Positions 29,774-41,008 of a stretch of DNA of 64,000 nucleotides are shown one piece after another; position 1 is the first letter of the stretch, and the number at the start of each line of letters is the position of its first letter. The stretch comes from the human T2T-CHM13v2.0 reference genome, Homo sapiens. The notes under the pieces are model-generated. The model searched no databases. It saw only the letters and a program-made list of their open reading frames with translations, and was not told where the DNA came from. The translations under genes were made by a program, and so were the position numbers. The stretch lies in the NCBI RefSeq assembly GCF_009914755.1, contig NC_060933.1. One strand, written 5' to 3'.

Positions 29774-30191
29774 TCTGTTGGTAATACCAGGGAGGGAAAG
29801 GAGGGCAGCCTGCCACCCAGGCACCCCGTGCAGGTTCTCTGGCCGATGCTCTGCGCTGAGTGCAGTGTTGATCGGTTTCTCTTCCCAAGCCTCTCTTGTT
29901 GCTTCATGCTTGAATCTCAGCAGGTCGCCCTCCGTGGCCACAGTCTGCACTGAGGCATCTTTCAGTCCTACCTTGGGCACTTCGCCTGCCTTTACTAGCT
30001 GGGCCTCACAAGACAACTTCAGTTCATCATGTGGCTTGGAAAATGAGTTGGTTTGGACAAAATGTACAAGTTCACCTTTTTGCTTAGGTGTCTTCTCAGT
30101 TTTACCATCAAGGTGTTCTCCAGAAACTTCCTGCTCTGTCAAGAATAGTTGTCCCAGAAGCAGTTCCCGTACCACTTTCAGAAGGTCTGGC
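29774..30191 (-). CDS. CDK5RAP2: CDK5RAP2 coding exon (~exon 21), 418 nt, phase 2/0: (R)PDLLKVVRELLLGQ...LLSLPGITNR
   Basis: Acceptor gaaaaacAG|GCC, donor AGA|GTAAGT; ORF 29756..30175. Confidence 0.95.
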
Positions 30192-30844
30192 CTGTTTTTC
30201 CAAAAGGGAAGGAAGTGGGAGAACCAAGCTTTCTGCTAGGCCTTGTCCCCTAGCCAGTATCCCAAGTTATCCCCACCTACTGTTGCCCAGATTCCATCAA
30301 AACTAAATACAGTGTGTACCCACAACGTGCCAGGGCCCACATCCAGTATTTTATCCTGTGTAACCTCACGGCACCCAAACAAAGCAGGTACTACCATGTC
30401 ATTTCATGGATAAGAAGAATAGAATTAATTTAACACAAGGTACACAGCAAGTGAGTGGGCCACATAAATATGTGAATGCAGGCTGGGCCCAGGTAGAAAC
30501 AAACGGGATTATAAGGTGACCATGACAATTACAGGGTCCTCCCTGACTCTACCCCGCCAGCCAACCTCCTGGCCCTGGCCCCATTTCTACATCCAGGGGC
30601 AAGTATGGCTTTAGATGAATCTGGCCAACCTGGCTGGTCCATCGATGACCTAATCCATCTTGGTACACAATGGGTGCTTAATAAAGAGGTGTTAATGAAG
30701 GGATATTTGTACACAGGCAGAGTAGAAAGCGCATTGGCTCTGAAGATGGATACAAATCCCTTCATATTCTAACTCTACAATTCTCTGAAAAGAAGATAAG
30801 TATTCCTCCACAAGACAGCTATGAGGATTAAACAAGATAGTGTA

Positions 30845-31318
30845 TAGGCAGCAGATGCTTTTCATGTCCTTGCCACATACCCTTGGCCCACCTCTGACTT
30901 CAGCTGCGGCTGTGTGGACAGTTCCCATAGACATAGTCCCACCTCAAACACCCTCTACGTCTCTGCTGCCTTGGGGCTTTTTCCAAAGCTCTGTGAGCAA
31001 GCCAGTAAAGCAGTGTGGAAGTGTGAAACAGTTTCCATTTCTGGGGAAACTCTCAACCAGTGAGAGAAGACAGCTGTTGGGTAAATGTCCCAGTCTCCCA
31101 TCCTTCAGACGGACCACACAGGCACAGTATATACAGTCCCTCAGAGGGTCCCCAGCAGTAACCAGATCATTATTGCACCCTTATTGACTTTGCTTTCATT
31201 CCTGTCTTACTCTCCCTGAGCCCTCATTCCTGCTCCCTGATGTCAAATCCCAAATAAATCCCTTACACTCTAATCCATATCTCAGGCTCTGCTTTCCAGG
31301 GAAGCAAAACTAAGCCAG
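30845..31318 (+). mobile_element. ERVL solo LTR (LTR16/LTR33 family)
   Basis: 3' end CCCAAATAAATCCCTTACACTCTAATCCATATCTCAGGCTCTGCTTTCCAGGGAAGCAAAACTAAGCCA is typical of LTR16/33; the 5' part GGCCCACCTCTGACTTCAGCTGCGGCTGTGTGGACAGTTCC resembles LTR16B. Confidence 0.65.
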
Positions 31319-31776
31319 CATGTAAAACACCTGGAATGGTGCTCGGGTGGAGTAACTCAAGAAGAGCCCCTTGTGTGTTTCTTGTGCTGGGCACTGCAGT
31401 GGGCACTGGGGATACAAAACTGTCCCAGGAGGACATGGACTGGTTTTAGAGAAACATACGTAAACAAACTATGAGGGTTACAGGGCAACCATCCCAGAGT
31501 GCCCCAGACTGGGGGTGGCAGGGAGAACAACAGCGGAGGGCTTCTAACATCAGTGAGAGGCAAGCCTCGAGGAGAGGAAATGGAACAGTCTAAGCATGGA
31601 AAACAACGTGAACAGAGTCAAGTAGCCAAGAAGGGGTGAGGCTGGAAAGATGAGCAGGGAAGAAACGAAGAGTCCTGTACAACACGTTAAAAAAAAAAAA
31701 AAAAAAAACGAAGGCCACTGAAAGGCCCTGCGATGGACTGGGCCAGGCACACACGTGCTTCAGAAAGGTGACTCCA

Positions 31777-32072
31777 GGCCAGGCATCATGGTTCATGCCT
31801 ATAATCCTAGCACTTTGGGAGGCCAGGGCAGGCAGATAGTTTGAGCTCACAAATTCGAGACCAGACTGGGCAACATGGTGAAACCCTATCTCTACAAAAA
31901 AATACAAAAAATTAGCCAGGGATGATGGCATGTGACTGTAGTCCCAGCTACTCGGGAGGCTGAGGTGGGAGGACGGCTTGAACCCAGGAGGCTGCAGTGA
32001 ACTGAGATCACACCACTGCACTACAGCCTGGGCAACAGAGCCAAACCTTGTGTCAAAAAAAAAAAAAAATCA
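31777..32072 (+). mobile_element. AluJ-type, full length
   Basis: TSD AGAAAGGTGACTC at 31762-74 and 32073-85; poly-A tail. Confidence 0.92.
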
Positions 32073-34767
32073 AGAAAGGTGACTCTGGCTGCTGCTGCAT
32101 AGAGAATGGACGGAGAGGCCTTGCACACAAGGAGCTCCCCTCATGCTGGTCTAATCACAGAGGAATGACTGCAAAATATGCACACCTAAAAAATAGTGTA
32201 AGGTACACTATAGGGCTCAAAATCAAGATAAAAGTATCCAAAGATCAAAAACAGGAGAAAACCCACAGCTGCAAGAAAAGGGCTGTTAAAAAGACAACAA
32301 CTTAACAAATGAGAGAATTCACAATTGAGGAAATAGAAACAATAAAGCAATCTGAAGAAGATTTTTAAATAAGTATGTTTAAATCATCTAAAAAATAAAG
32401 GGAAAAAAATTCATAAGAGGGAGTTATGAAACTGGGACAGAAAATTATGGGAAAATAAATGGGGGAAGTAGAGAGGAGAGACCAGCTGGAAAGCTGTGGC
32501 TAACTCCTGGGAGAAAGAAAATGCAGGTCTGGGTGAGGTGGTGGCAGTCAGCAAAGAGCAGGGGACAGAAGGTCCTCATTGGTGTTAGTTCTTTTTCCTT
32601 CTCACTTCGGTTTCTACTACCTGCTCTATTTCTAGAAACCTGGTGAAACAGTCAGGCTGTACTCTACAACTCCTTTAACATACTCCGAACTTCCCTCCCT
32701 CCGATCTTTGCTGCCACTGGCAATGACAGGCACCCCTGTGTTGTCTTTCCCACTGAGCCCTCTGAGGGGAGAGAGAAGGCCCTCTGCATATCCAGATTTC
32801 TATTATCTAGATGGGGGCAGAGTCAACTCCATTTAAATAGCTATAGCACACCAAAATGGGGTTAACAACAAAATTTACATGTATGGTACATTTTTCACCT
32901 CTAATGTGAAATTACCTAGACAACAGAAACAATCTCAAACTATAGTAAACCCAGACTTTTAAAATATTTCTGGCATTTCAAGCTTCAGGAGATGTTAAAC
33001 TAAATTTTCCTTCCCTCCGCCTCTTTAACATAGATTAAAAAGTAATGACAATTGTTATTTGGCTAGCCAAAGGAGGACCATTACTCACCACCAAACAACA
33101 CAATAAAACTGAGGAAAAATACTTTACAAATGGGTAGTAAAAGGTGGTGAAAGAGGCCATTATAATATACTAAAGTGGTGGTGCTACTAAATAAAATACT
33201 TCAAGTGTTATTTTGCTAGAAATCTGAACAGCAGATTCATTAAGCTATCACTATAAGCAGAACCTTTTCTACGGTTCAGTCCAAGAGACTTCTCAGAGCC
33301 CAAATATCGTTTATATCCCCTTCCTGGGCATCTGTGCCATGAAGAAGGTATAAGGGGAGAGGAACTCACATTTCCTAAGCACTTACCATGTGCCAAATCC
33401 TCTAAATACACTGAATCCTCACAATAAGACTGTGAGAGGGGGATTTTTTAAAAACCCATTTTACAGATGAAGAAATGGGCTCATAAAGGTTCAGGATCCC
33501 CCAACCAAGTGTCAGAGCAAAGATGAGATTCCAGACCTTTCTGACTCCCAACCATTGGCTGGGGCTGAAATGCTTCCGTTGCCAGAAGGGAGCATTCCCC
33601 CTGACCGCCCAGTTCACCACGCTCCTACCACAGCCCACTGCACTCTCCCTGGTTCACATCACCCAAGTACATTCCCACATGGCCCTCAGACAAAAAGTGT
33701 CTTTTAACTCTGAAGTAAAATTTGGGACCCTGATGTTTAGGAAATCCTCCATTTCTCAAGCACCAACTACTACGGTCACCTAACTACTTCTGATAATAAG
33801 CCAGAATTGCCACTGACCATGTCTTCCAAGAAGACTCAAGCTAGAAAAATATTGGACAGATGTCAGGGATTGGGGAGGAGTTAGCTTTGCTGAGCTCACA
33901 AAAACAGAATGCTTCAATCCCGTTTTTTAGCTGAAGAAATGCCTGTAAGGCTTAGTCCATCAATGATAGAAGAAATACTAGGGTTCCTGGCTCTTATCAA
34001 GAGTCATGGGCAATCATTACCGTTCCATTTCTCTATCCATTCAGGAGGAGAACTAAAAACTGTTATTGAACACGCATCACACCAAATGCCAGCCATTTTT
34101 CTTAAACGTTTTTTTCTTATTCATCACAGCAACCCTAAGAAGTAATCAGAGAAACTGAGGCACTGAGAGATAAAACCACAGCTCTTTTTGGTTCCAAAGC
34201 CCAAGCAGCTGTTATGGATGGACTAGGAAGAATATGAAAGGGGCAAAAATTACTCCTAAAGGATTAATTGAAAAAATACAAATGTACTGAATGTTTCTCC
34301 TTTTTTGTTTTAAGGAAAACAACCTGTAGTATCTCCTCACATAGGAATGGCTCCCAACAGATATAATGAGAAGAGAACTTTAATTCAAGCTCAGCAAAAA
34401 CAGCAGAATCACAACTACAATGGTATTTTTTAAGCTGTTGTCGAAACTGGAAGATATTTCGGTAGGGCTGATTCCTCTCGCTGACAGCAAGGCAGTCCTT
34501 TCTGGGGGCTCCCAGGAATAATTCCCAAAGAAAGCTTTCTTTCTCCTCTTTATAATGGGCTTACATGAGGCTTTGCTGACGTCCCCTCACAGCCACTAGC
34601 ATGCAGCCTAATTACTTAATTTCATGACTGGCAAGATTCCTTCCAAGCCATTTCAGGAGCTCTCTCAGGTAAATTACACAGCACGATCATCTAAACCCAT
34701 TTAGCAAAATGAGTTTGTTCTCCCCTAGAACTAGAGAAACAAAGGAATGCCTGGGCCCCATGTATAC

Positions 34768-34940
34768 CTGGATTCCAGTAATAATGTGGCCTTCTCATTG
34801 AACAAAGGGGCAAGCAGGTTTATGAATGCACCTTCTTCTAGGCAGCCAGGTGCGTGGGCCCCATCACAATCTGAAATCTTAGACTCCGTGTGCCTTAAGT
34901 ATCCATTTTTGCAGCCTCCTTTGGAAAGGTCTTTCATAAT
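34768..34940 (-). CDS. CDK5RAP2: CDK5RAP2 coding exon (~exon 20), 173 nt, phase 0/2: IMKDLSKGGCKNGYLRH...KATLLLES
   Basis: Acceptor atttgcAG|ATT, donor CAG|GTATAC; within ORF 34731..35138. Confidence 0.95.
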
Positions 34941-36889
34941 CTGCAAATAAAAGTATTTGGTCAAATAATGGAATAAGGAGGAAGGGAATGGGGTGTGTGG
35001 AGAGAGGATGGAGATGCAGGGTAAGTGAGTAAGTGAAAATAAGCCAGACACACTGAGCCAGAGAGAAACAGAAAAGAAAAGGGGGAGGAGAAGGAGGAAG
35101 AGAGAGAGACACAGGCATGCAGGTGCATACATACTCACTTTAACACAGGGAGATGTTCTAGAAACAGGATAGAGATGTTTACATCACTTCTCCTCACCCT
35201 GTTTCCTCACCTATAAAATGGGGGTAGTAATGGTACCTCCCGAGGTGGTTAGGAGAATGAAATGAGACCACCTCAGGTGACATGTCTTACTCACTACAGG
35301 TGCACAATGGAAATGTGTTCTCCCACCCTTACAGCCCAATCCTTGAAAGTTCTTCCTAAGAAGAGTATGGAACCCATGTTGTGATTTGAGTGCTTATTAT
35401 ATTCTTCTTGCAATGTATCCTCCTTATTATATATCACAAAGCTGACTTACTCTTTTCAGACACATATTATTTAACATGGCTTTGATCTTTCACATTAGGA
35501 AGATAGAGAGTTCCTAATTCCCATGGAGATGTTATTTACCGATCCACCTTCTTGGATCACTGAGGGTCCCAGAGGAGTGGTATCAAAGATGCATCTAGTT
35601 AAAGCCTGTACTGGGCATGTCTTTGAGGTGCTGCAATTAACATTCTTTCTCCCCTATCCAAAGCTGTAAATTTCTTCTACCAGTCTATAAATAACTCCTC
35701 TTGACTTCATTACTGCTGGTGATATACACACTAGCCATCACCCCCATCTCTCCATACTGGTGAAATGATTAAGATTTTTAAATGGAAGACAAGACCTACA
35801 CAAATGAGTTGTTACTTATAGGGTCTTCTTTGCCACCAATCTAGTTATTAAATCCAACTAATAAGCAACCTCCAAAGAAGGAAATGTCTAGAATAATAAA
35901 AATAATTATTATTTACTGAGCACTTATTACATGCCTTTCTATTTAAATATCATAATCCTAAAAGGAAGTATTACTATCCTCATTGACAAGGAAACTCAGG
36001 CTTAGAGGTTAAGCACTAATTAACCAAGGTCACAGAGATAGTAGTGCCAAAGCTAAGACTTTGAATGAGGTTGATCTGGTTGCAAAGCCCCCACTTTTAA
36101 TTACTTTGCTTTCTAAAACTATCTACATTTTAAGATCTCCCATTTGTGACTCCACAAACTTGAACACCCTGAAGGCCAAAAATGCCAAATCTGTAGCATC
36201 TTACCCCCACCACATCCCAGTCTCTAGGGTTCTTTCAACCTTGGAGACTGCTTGGAGTCTCCTACTTATTTTATGAATTAGAGGGTTGGAGACTGCTTGC
36301 TCCACATGTTCAGTATCAATGTGATTGGAAGAGTGCTCTATGTGTACGGGGGTGAGATTCTCACAATGCCCAAATGACAGTAACGTGGGTTCCAGATGAG
36401 GAGATTGCAGAGGGCCCCTAGGAAGGGGAGCTAAGTTCCATCAGTAGGTCTTTACACCTCAACTAAATGATCTGGTAGTTTACACAGTCCAGAAACAAGG
36501 GTTCTTATCCCAACTCTATCACTAACTTACTCTGTGCCCCAAATAAATCATCAGTCCTCAAAGCCTTCAGTTTCTAATTCATAAAATGGGTTGGATTACA
36601 TCACTAAAGATTTGTCCAGGTCAAACATCCAATGCCTGCTATTCTACTATAACAAGCCCATTTTTATTTGCAAGTTTATGCTCGTTTTCATGTTTCATGA
36701 CTGGCTCTGTCACCCAGTTTATAACTTATAAGAAGGAAAAGACCTAGTCTTTGCTTTCCACTGGCACATGAAAGGTACAGGATATAGGCAGAATGAACAG
36801 AAAACCCACTGGACTCATTCCAGACTCGAAGACTGATTTGGACATAGAGTGGAGTAGATGAAATAAGGAGTTAACTGAAAGGTTCCTAC

Positions 36890-36985
36890 CTCATTACTCT
36901 GCTGCAAATGCTGGTCACTCAGGAAATTAATCTCGTCATCCTCCCCAATTTTGATCGTGTCCTCGTCCTCCTTGCTAGCCAGAAG
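36890..36985 (-). CDS. CDK5RAP2: CDK5RAP2 coding exon (~exon 19), 96 nt, symmetric phase 0/0: LLASKEDEDTIKIGEDDEINFLSDQHLQQSNE
   Basis: Acceptor ccatgtAG|CTT, donor GAG|GTAGGA; read manually; acidic linker. Confidence 0.92.
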
Positions 36986-37876
36986 CTACATGGAGCATGG
37001 AATGGTGTGAAAATGCAACCCAAAAAAGTGTGCAGCATGAATATGTATGAATAAGTCAGTGATGTCTTTTTTTTTTTAATGCAAAACAAAAAGCAAACAA
37101 AAAAGAGGAAGAAACAAATGCCAAAGCCATGAAATAAAAATTAACCAAGGTTAGAGTTGCTAGTTGTGGCGAATCAGACACAGCTGCCTGGATCAAGCAT
37201 AATTTAAGGACAAATTCCCCAAGAAAATAACTAAAGGCATTGCCCCTTGCCCTTGCATGGCCTTTCCTGAGCTGCCGTAAATTAAAAATGCCGTCTATTA
37301 TGCCACTGCCACTCCTGCCTTTACTAAATTCACTTTCAGATTATATAAAAGTAACAAGATTTTGGAAAATAGCTATTGATGGAATTGAAAATATCAAACA
37401 GCAAGAAAGTAATAAATGAAATTTATGGTGTGCCCAATTTATGCATCACTTCTATTTAGCGCAAGGCATAAACCTCTTCTTGTTGGACTGTCACACATCT
37501 GAGATGGACAGTCCTGGCAACACTGTCATTTTGCTGACAGAAATTCCTCATCTCTAATGAGAAGAGTATCACGCTTGCGTGACGATAACTTTATGCTTTT
37601 GGAAATGAAGGACAGTTATTTATAAAGACTGCATAAATCCCTAATGCTTCAAAGAAGTGTAAATCCCAAAGCTTCTGAGTTCTACAAAATGGACGGTACA
37701 AAGTTCTCAAGAAAGCCAGTTCTCAGCTCTCCGCAAAAGCAAAAATTCTAGTCATGGGGCACCTGAATTAACCAAATTAAAAATGAGAGAAAAGGTGGCC
37801 AGCCACTCCCGGATAAGGAATCAATCAAAGCTATGTCAAAATTATACCAAACCTTATCTGACCAATAAAAGAGTCT

Positions 37877-38177
37877 GGCCAGGTGCGGTGGCTCACACCT
37901 GTAATCCTAGCACTTTGGGAGCCCTAGGCAGGCAGATTGCTTGAGTCCAGCAGTTCAAGACCAGTCAGGGCAACAGAGTGAGACACCTGTCTCTACAAAA
38001 AACACAAAAATTCGCCGGGTGTGGTGGTACATGCCTGTAGTCCCAGCTACTCGGGAGACTGAGGCAGGAGGATCACCTGAGCCCAGGGAGGTCGAGGCTG
38101 CAGTGAGCCGTGATCACACCACTGCACTCCAGCCTGGGCAACAGAGTAAGACCCTGTCTCGAAAGCAAAAACAAAAC
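37877..38177 (+). mobile_element. AluJ-type, full length
   Basis: TSD AAAAGAGTCT(G) on both sides; (CAAAA)n tail. Confidence 0.92.
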
Positions 38178-38639
38178 AAAAGAGTCTGCACCGAAGGTGC
38201 TGAAACCACAGAGTATTGGGTCATTTGTTGGGCATGTTGTACGTGTGAGATACCTACGGTTCTAGCTCAAGTTTTATTTCTGAATCCCTACATTTAGTCA
38301 ATTATCCCCATAGCTCTCCAGCCCAACTCTCTGTTTTTCCTTTCAGAGGAACAACCTTGTTGTGGAAGAAAAACAAAACAAAGGCAACTGAGTTCAGTTT
38401 TTATAGAAACTTCCCAGGGTCAGAACATGTTCAATCTGACCATATCCAAATCTGCAATCAGGATCAAACAGAAGTGATGATCAAAAACCACATCCTACTA
38501 TATTATCCAGCATGAAACAGACTAGACGTGCATAAATATACCTACTGAAGCATAAAAGTCTATAAATATGGGTAAGGAACCCTCTTTGTCTTTTGGCTTC
38601 TTCCCTCATTACCATAACATTCTCGAGTGATAAAGACTA

Positions 38640-39370
38640 ACTGGAACTATCAAACTTGTTGGTGGGAATATAAAATGTTTGGAAAAAGTATTGGCAATTT
38701 CTTATAAAACGAGTAATCCTATGACTCAGGAATTCTACTCATAGGTACTCATCAAATTAAAAAAAAAAAAAAAGTGTGTCCCAACAAAGAATTGTACATG
38801 AATGCCCATATCACCTTTTACCCAAGTGTCCATTAATAGCAGAATGAATAAACAACTGTAATACACTCATGCAATGGAATACTACCTGGCAATAAAAAGG
38901 AACAAACTTGATGCACTAACCACATGGATGAATCTCAAAAACATAATGCTGAGTAAAAGAATATATACAAAAGAGAATATACTGTATGACTCCATTTATA
39001 TGAAGGTCTAGGCAAAATTAACCCATAGTGGGACAAAATCAGAAGAGCAGCTGGGGTGGGACTGGGTATGGACAACAGAGGACATGCAGGCTCTTGATAG
39101 GGGTTTGCCTTACACAGGCACATACACTTGTAAAACTTAGTGAACGCAGGCTTACAATTTCTATAGTTCATTTGACTATAAGCATTTATTGAAGATATGC
39201 ACATTGAAGTACTTGGGGGAAGTATACTGATGTTTGCAGTTTCAATTAAAATTTATTAGAAAGATGAGACAGAGTGATGATGGGCAGGTGGGAAATGTGA
39301 ATAGAACCTAGGTGGTGAGTATATGGGTATTCACTGTGTCTGAATTTTTTCATAATAAAATATTAGGAGA
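38640..39370 (+). mobile_element. Ancient L1M(E) 3' fragment (approximate bounds)
   Basis: TTGGTGGGAATATAAAATG..., CATGGATGAATCTCAAAAACATAATGCTGAGT..., ATGACTCCATTTATATGAAG. Confidence 0.65.
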
Positions 39371-39407
39371 AAGTCTTTCCCATCTTTTAAAAAACAAAAC
39401 AAAACAG

Positions 39408-39975
<568 letters not shown>

Positions 39976-40844
39976 TCATTCCAAGTTGAAATATGAAAAG
40001 CGTCAAAGTTATTCTGCATTTCCAGAACCACAACCATGCCAATGCTTGACACAGTTAAATAAAAATTAACTTTCATTTCTCTTTACCTCTGCTGACGTGG
40101 TCAAGATTAAAAGTAAACTCTCGGTTTCCAGGAATGGTCAAGAAATTAAATGTTATGGACATAGAGAAACATACTTCATGCTGCATGCTATTTACTCATT
40201 TTCAAAGATCCAGAACTAAGATGTCAGAAAGAACTGAGTCACTATACCTGGCTCGGCTTCCAGCCCTACCACCACTAAAGAAGCAACCTCCAAGTGTCAA
40301 CTGGCTCTATCCTCATTTCATCACTTCTCATCACTTCTCTATCCCCTGCAAGCTGGCTTCTGTCCCCCTCACTCTAATGAAACTGCTCAGGTCATGGGAC
40401 TCATAGGAAGTTCTCAGTACTTTTTTCTTTCTTGCTTCTCAGAGTGTTCGACACTATGAAACACTCCCTCCTTGAAACCCCACGCTGTTACTCTGCACTC
40501 TACTGCCTCTCCCCCTGCCTCTTGAGCTATTCTTTCTTCATCTGCTTGGCAGCTCCTCTTCCTCCTCCAGGGAGAACTTCCCTTAATCCCCAAAGTGAGG
40601 GCTGGGCACCTGTCTACAACTCCCTTGAGACTCTGCATTCACTCCATCACAGCCCTCACCACACTCTGCCCCAATTGCCCCTCTGCTTCTCTGGATTACA
40701 TCCTAGACAGGGCGGGGACATGTGTGCTCATAGTTTTAACATCAATGCCTGACGCTCAATAACACTGCTGAACAAATAAACAAATGAATAAAGACTTTTT
40801 TCAAAACGAGACCTAGAAACAAGTCGTTTTCAGGATTACCTCTG

Positions 40845-41008
40845 GTCTTGCTACTCAAAGTGTATTCCTTAGGGCAGCAGAAGCATCATCACCCAAATTT
40901 GTTAGAAATACAGACTCTCTGGCCCCATTCCAGGCTTACTGGACAAGAATCTGCATTTTAACAAGACTCTCAGGAAATATATGTGCACATTAAACTTCAG
41001 AAGCACTG
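40845..41008. mobile_element. MER5-type hAT DNA transposon remnant
   Basis: CTACTCAAAGTGT...TTGTTAGAAATACAGA...GAATCTGCATTTTAACAAG...AGAAGCACTG. Confidence 0.7.

Noticed and set aside
29760-30239. 159-aa plus-strand ORF (also 15645..16040 and 34747..34950) as antisense genes
   Set aside because: These are shadow ORFs on the opposite strand of real CDK5RAP2 exons, with no independent coding signature.
28040-33395. Additional isolated GTAAGT donors (e.g. ~28050, ~33385)
   Set aside because: They are common by-products of MIR/L2 sequence and have no matching acceptor or regulatory cluster.
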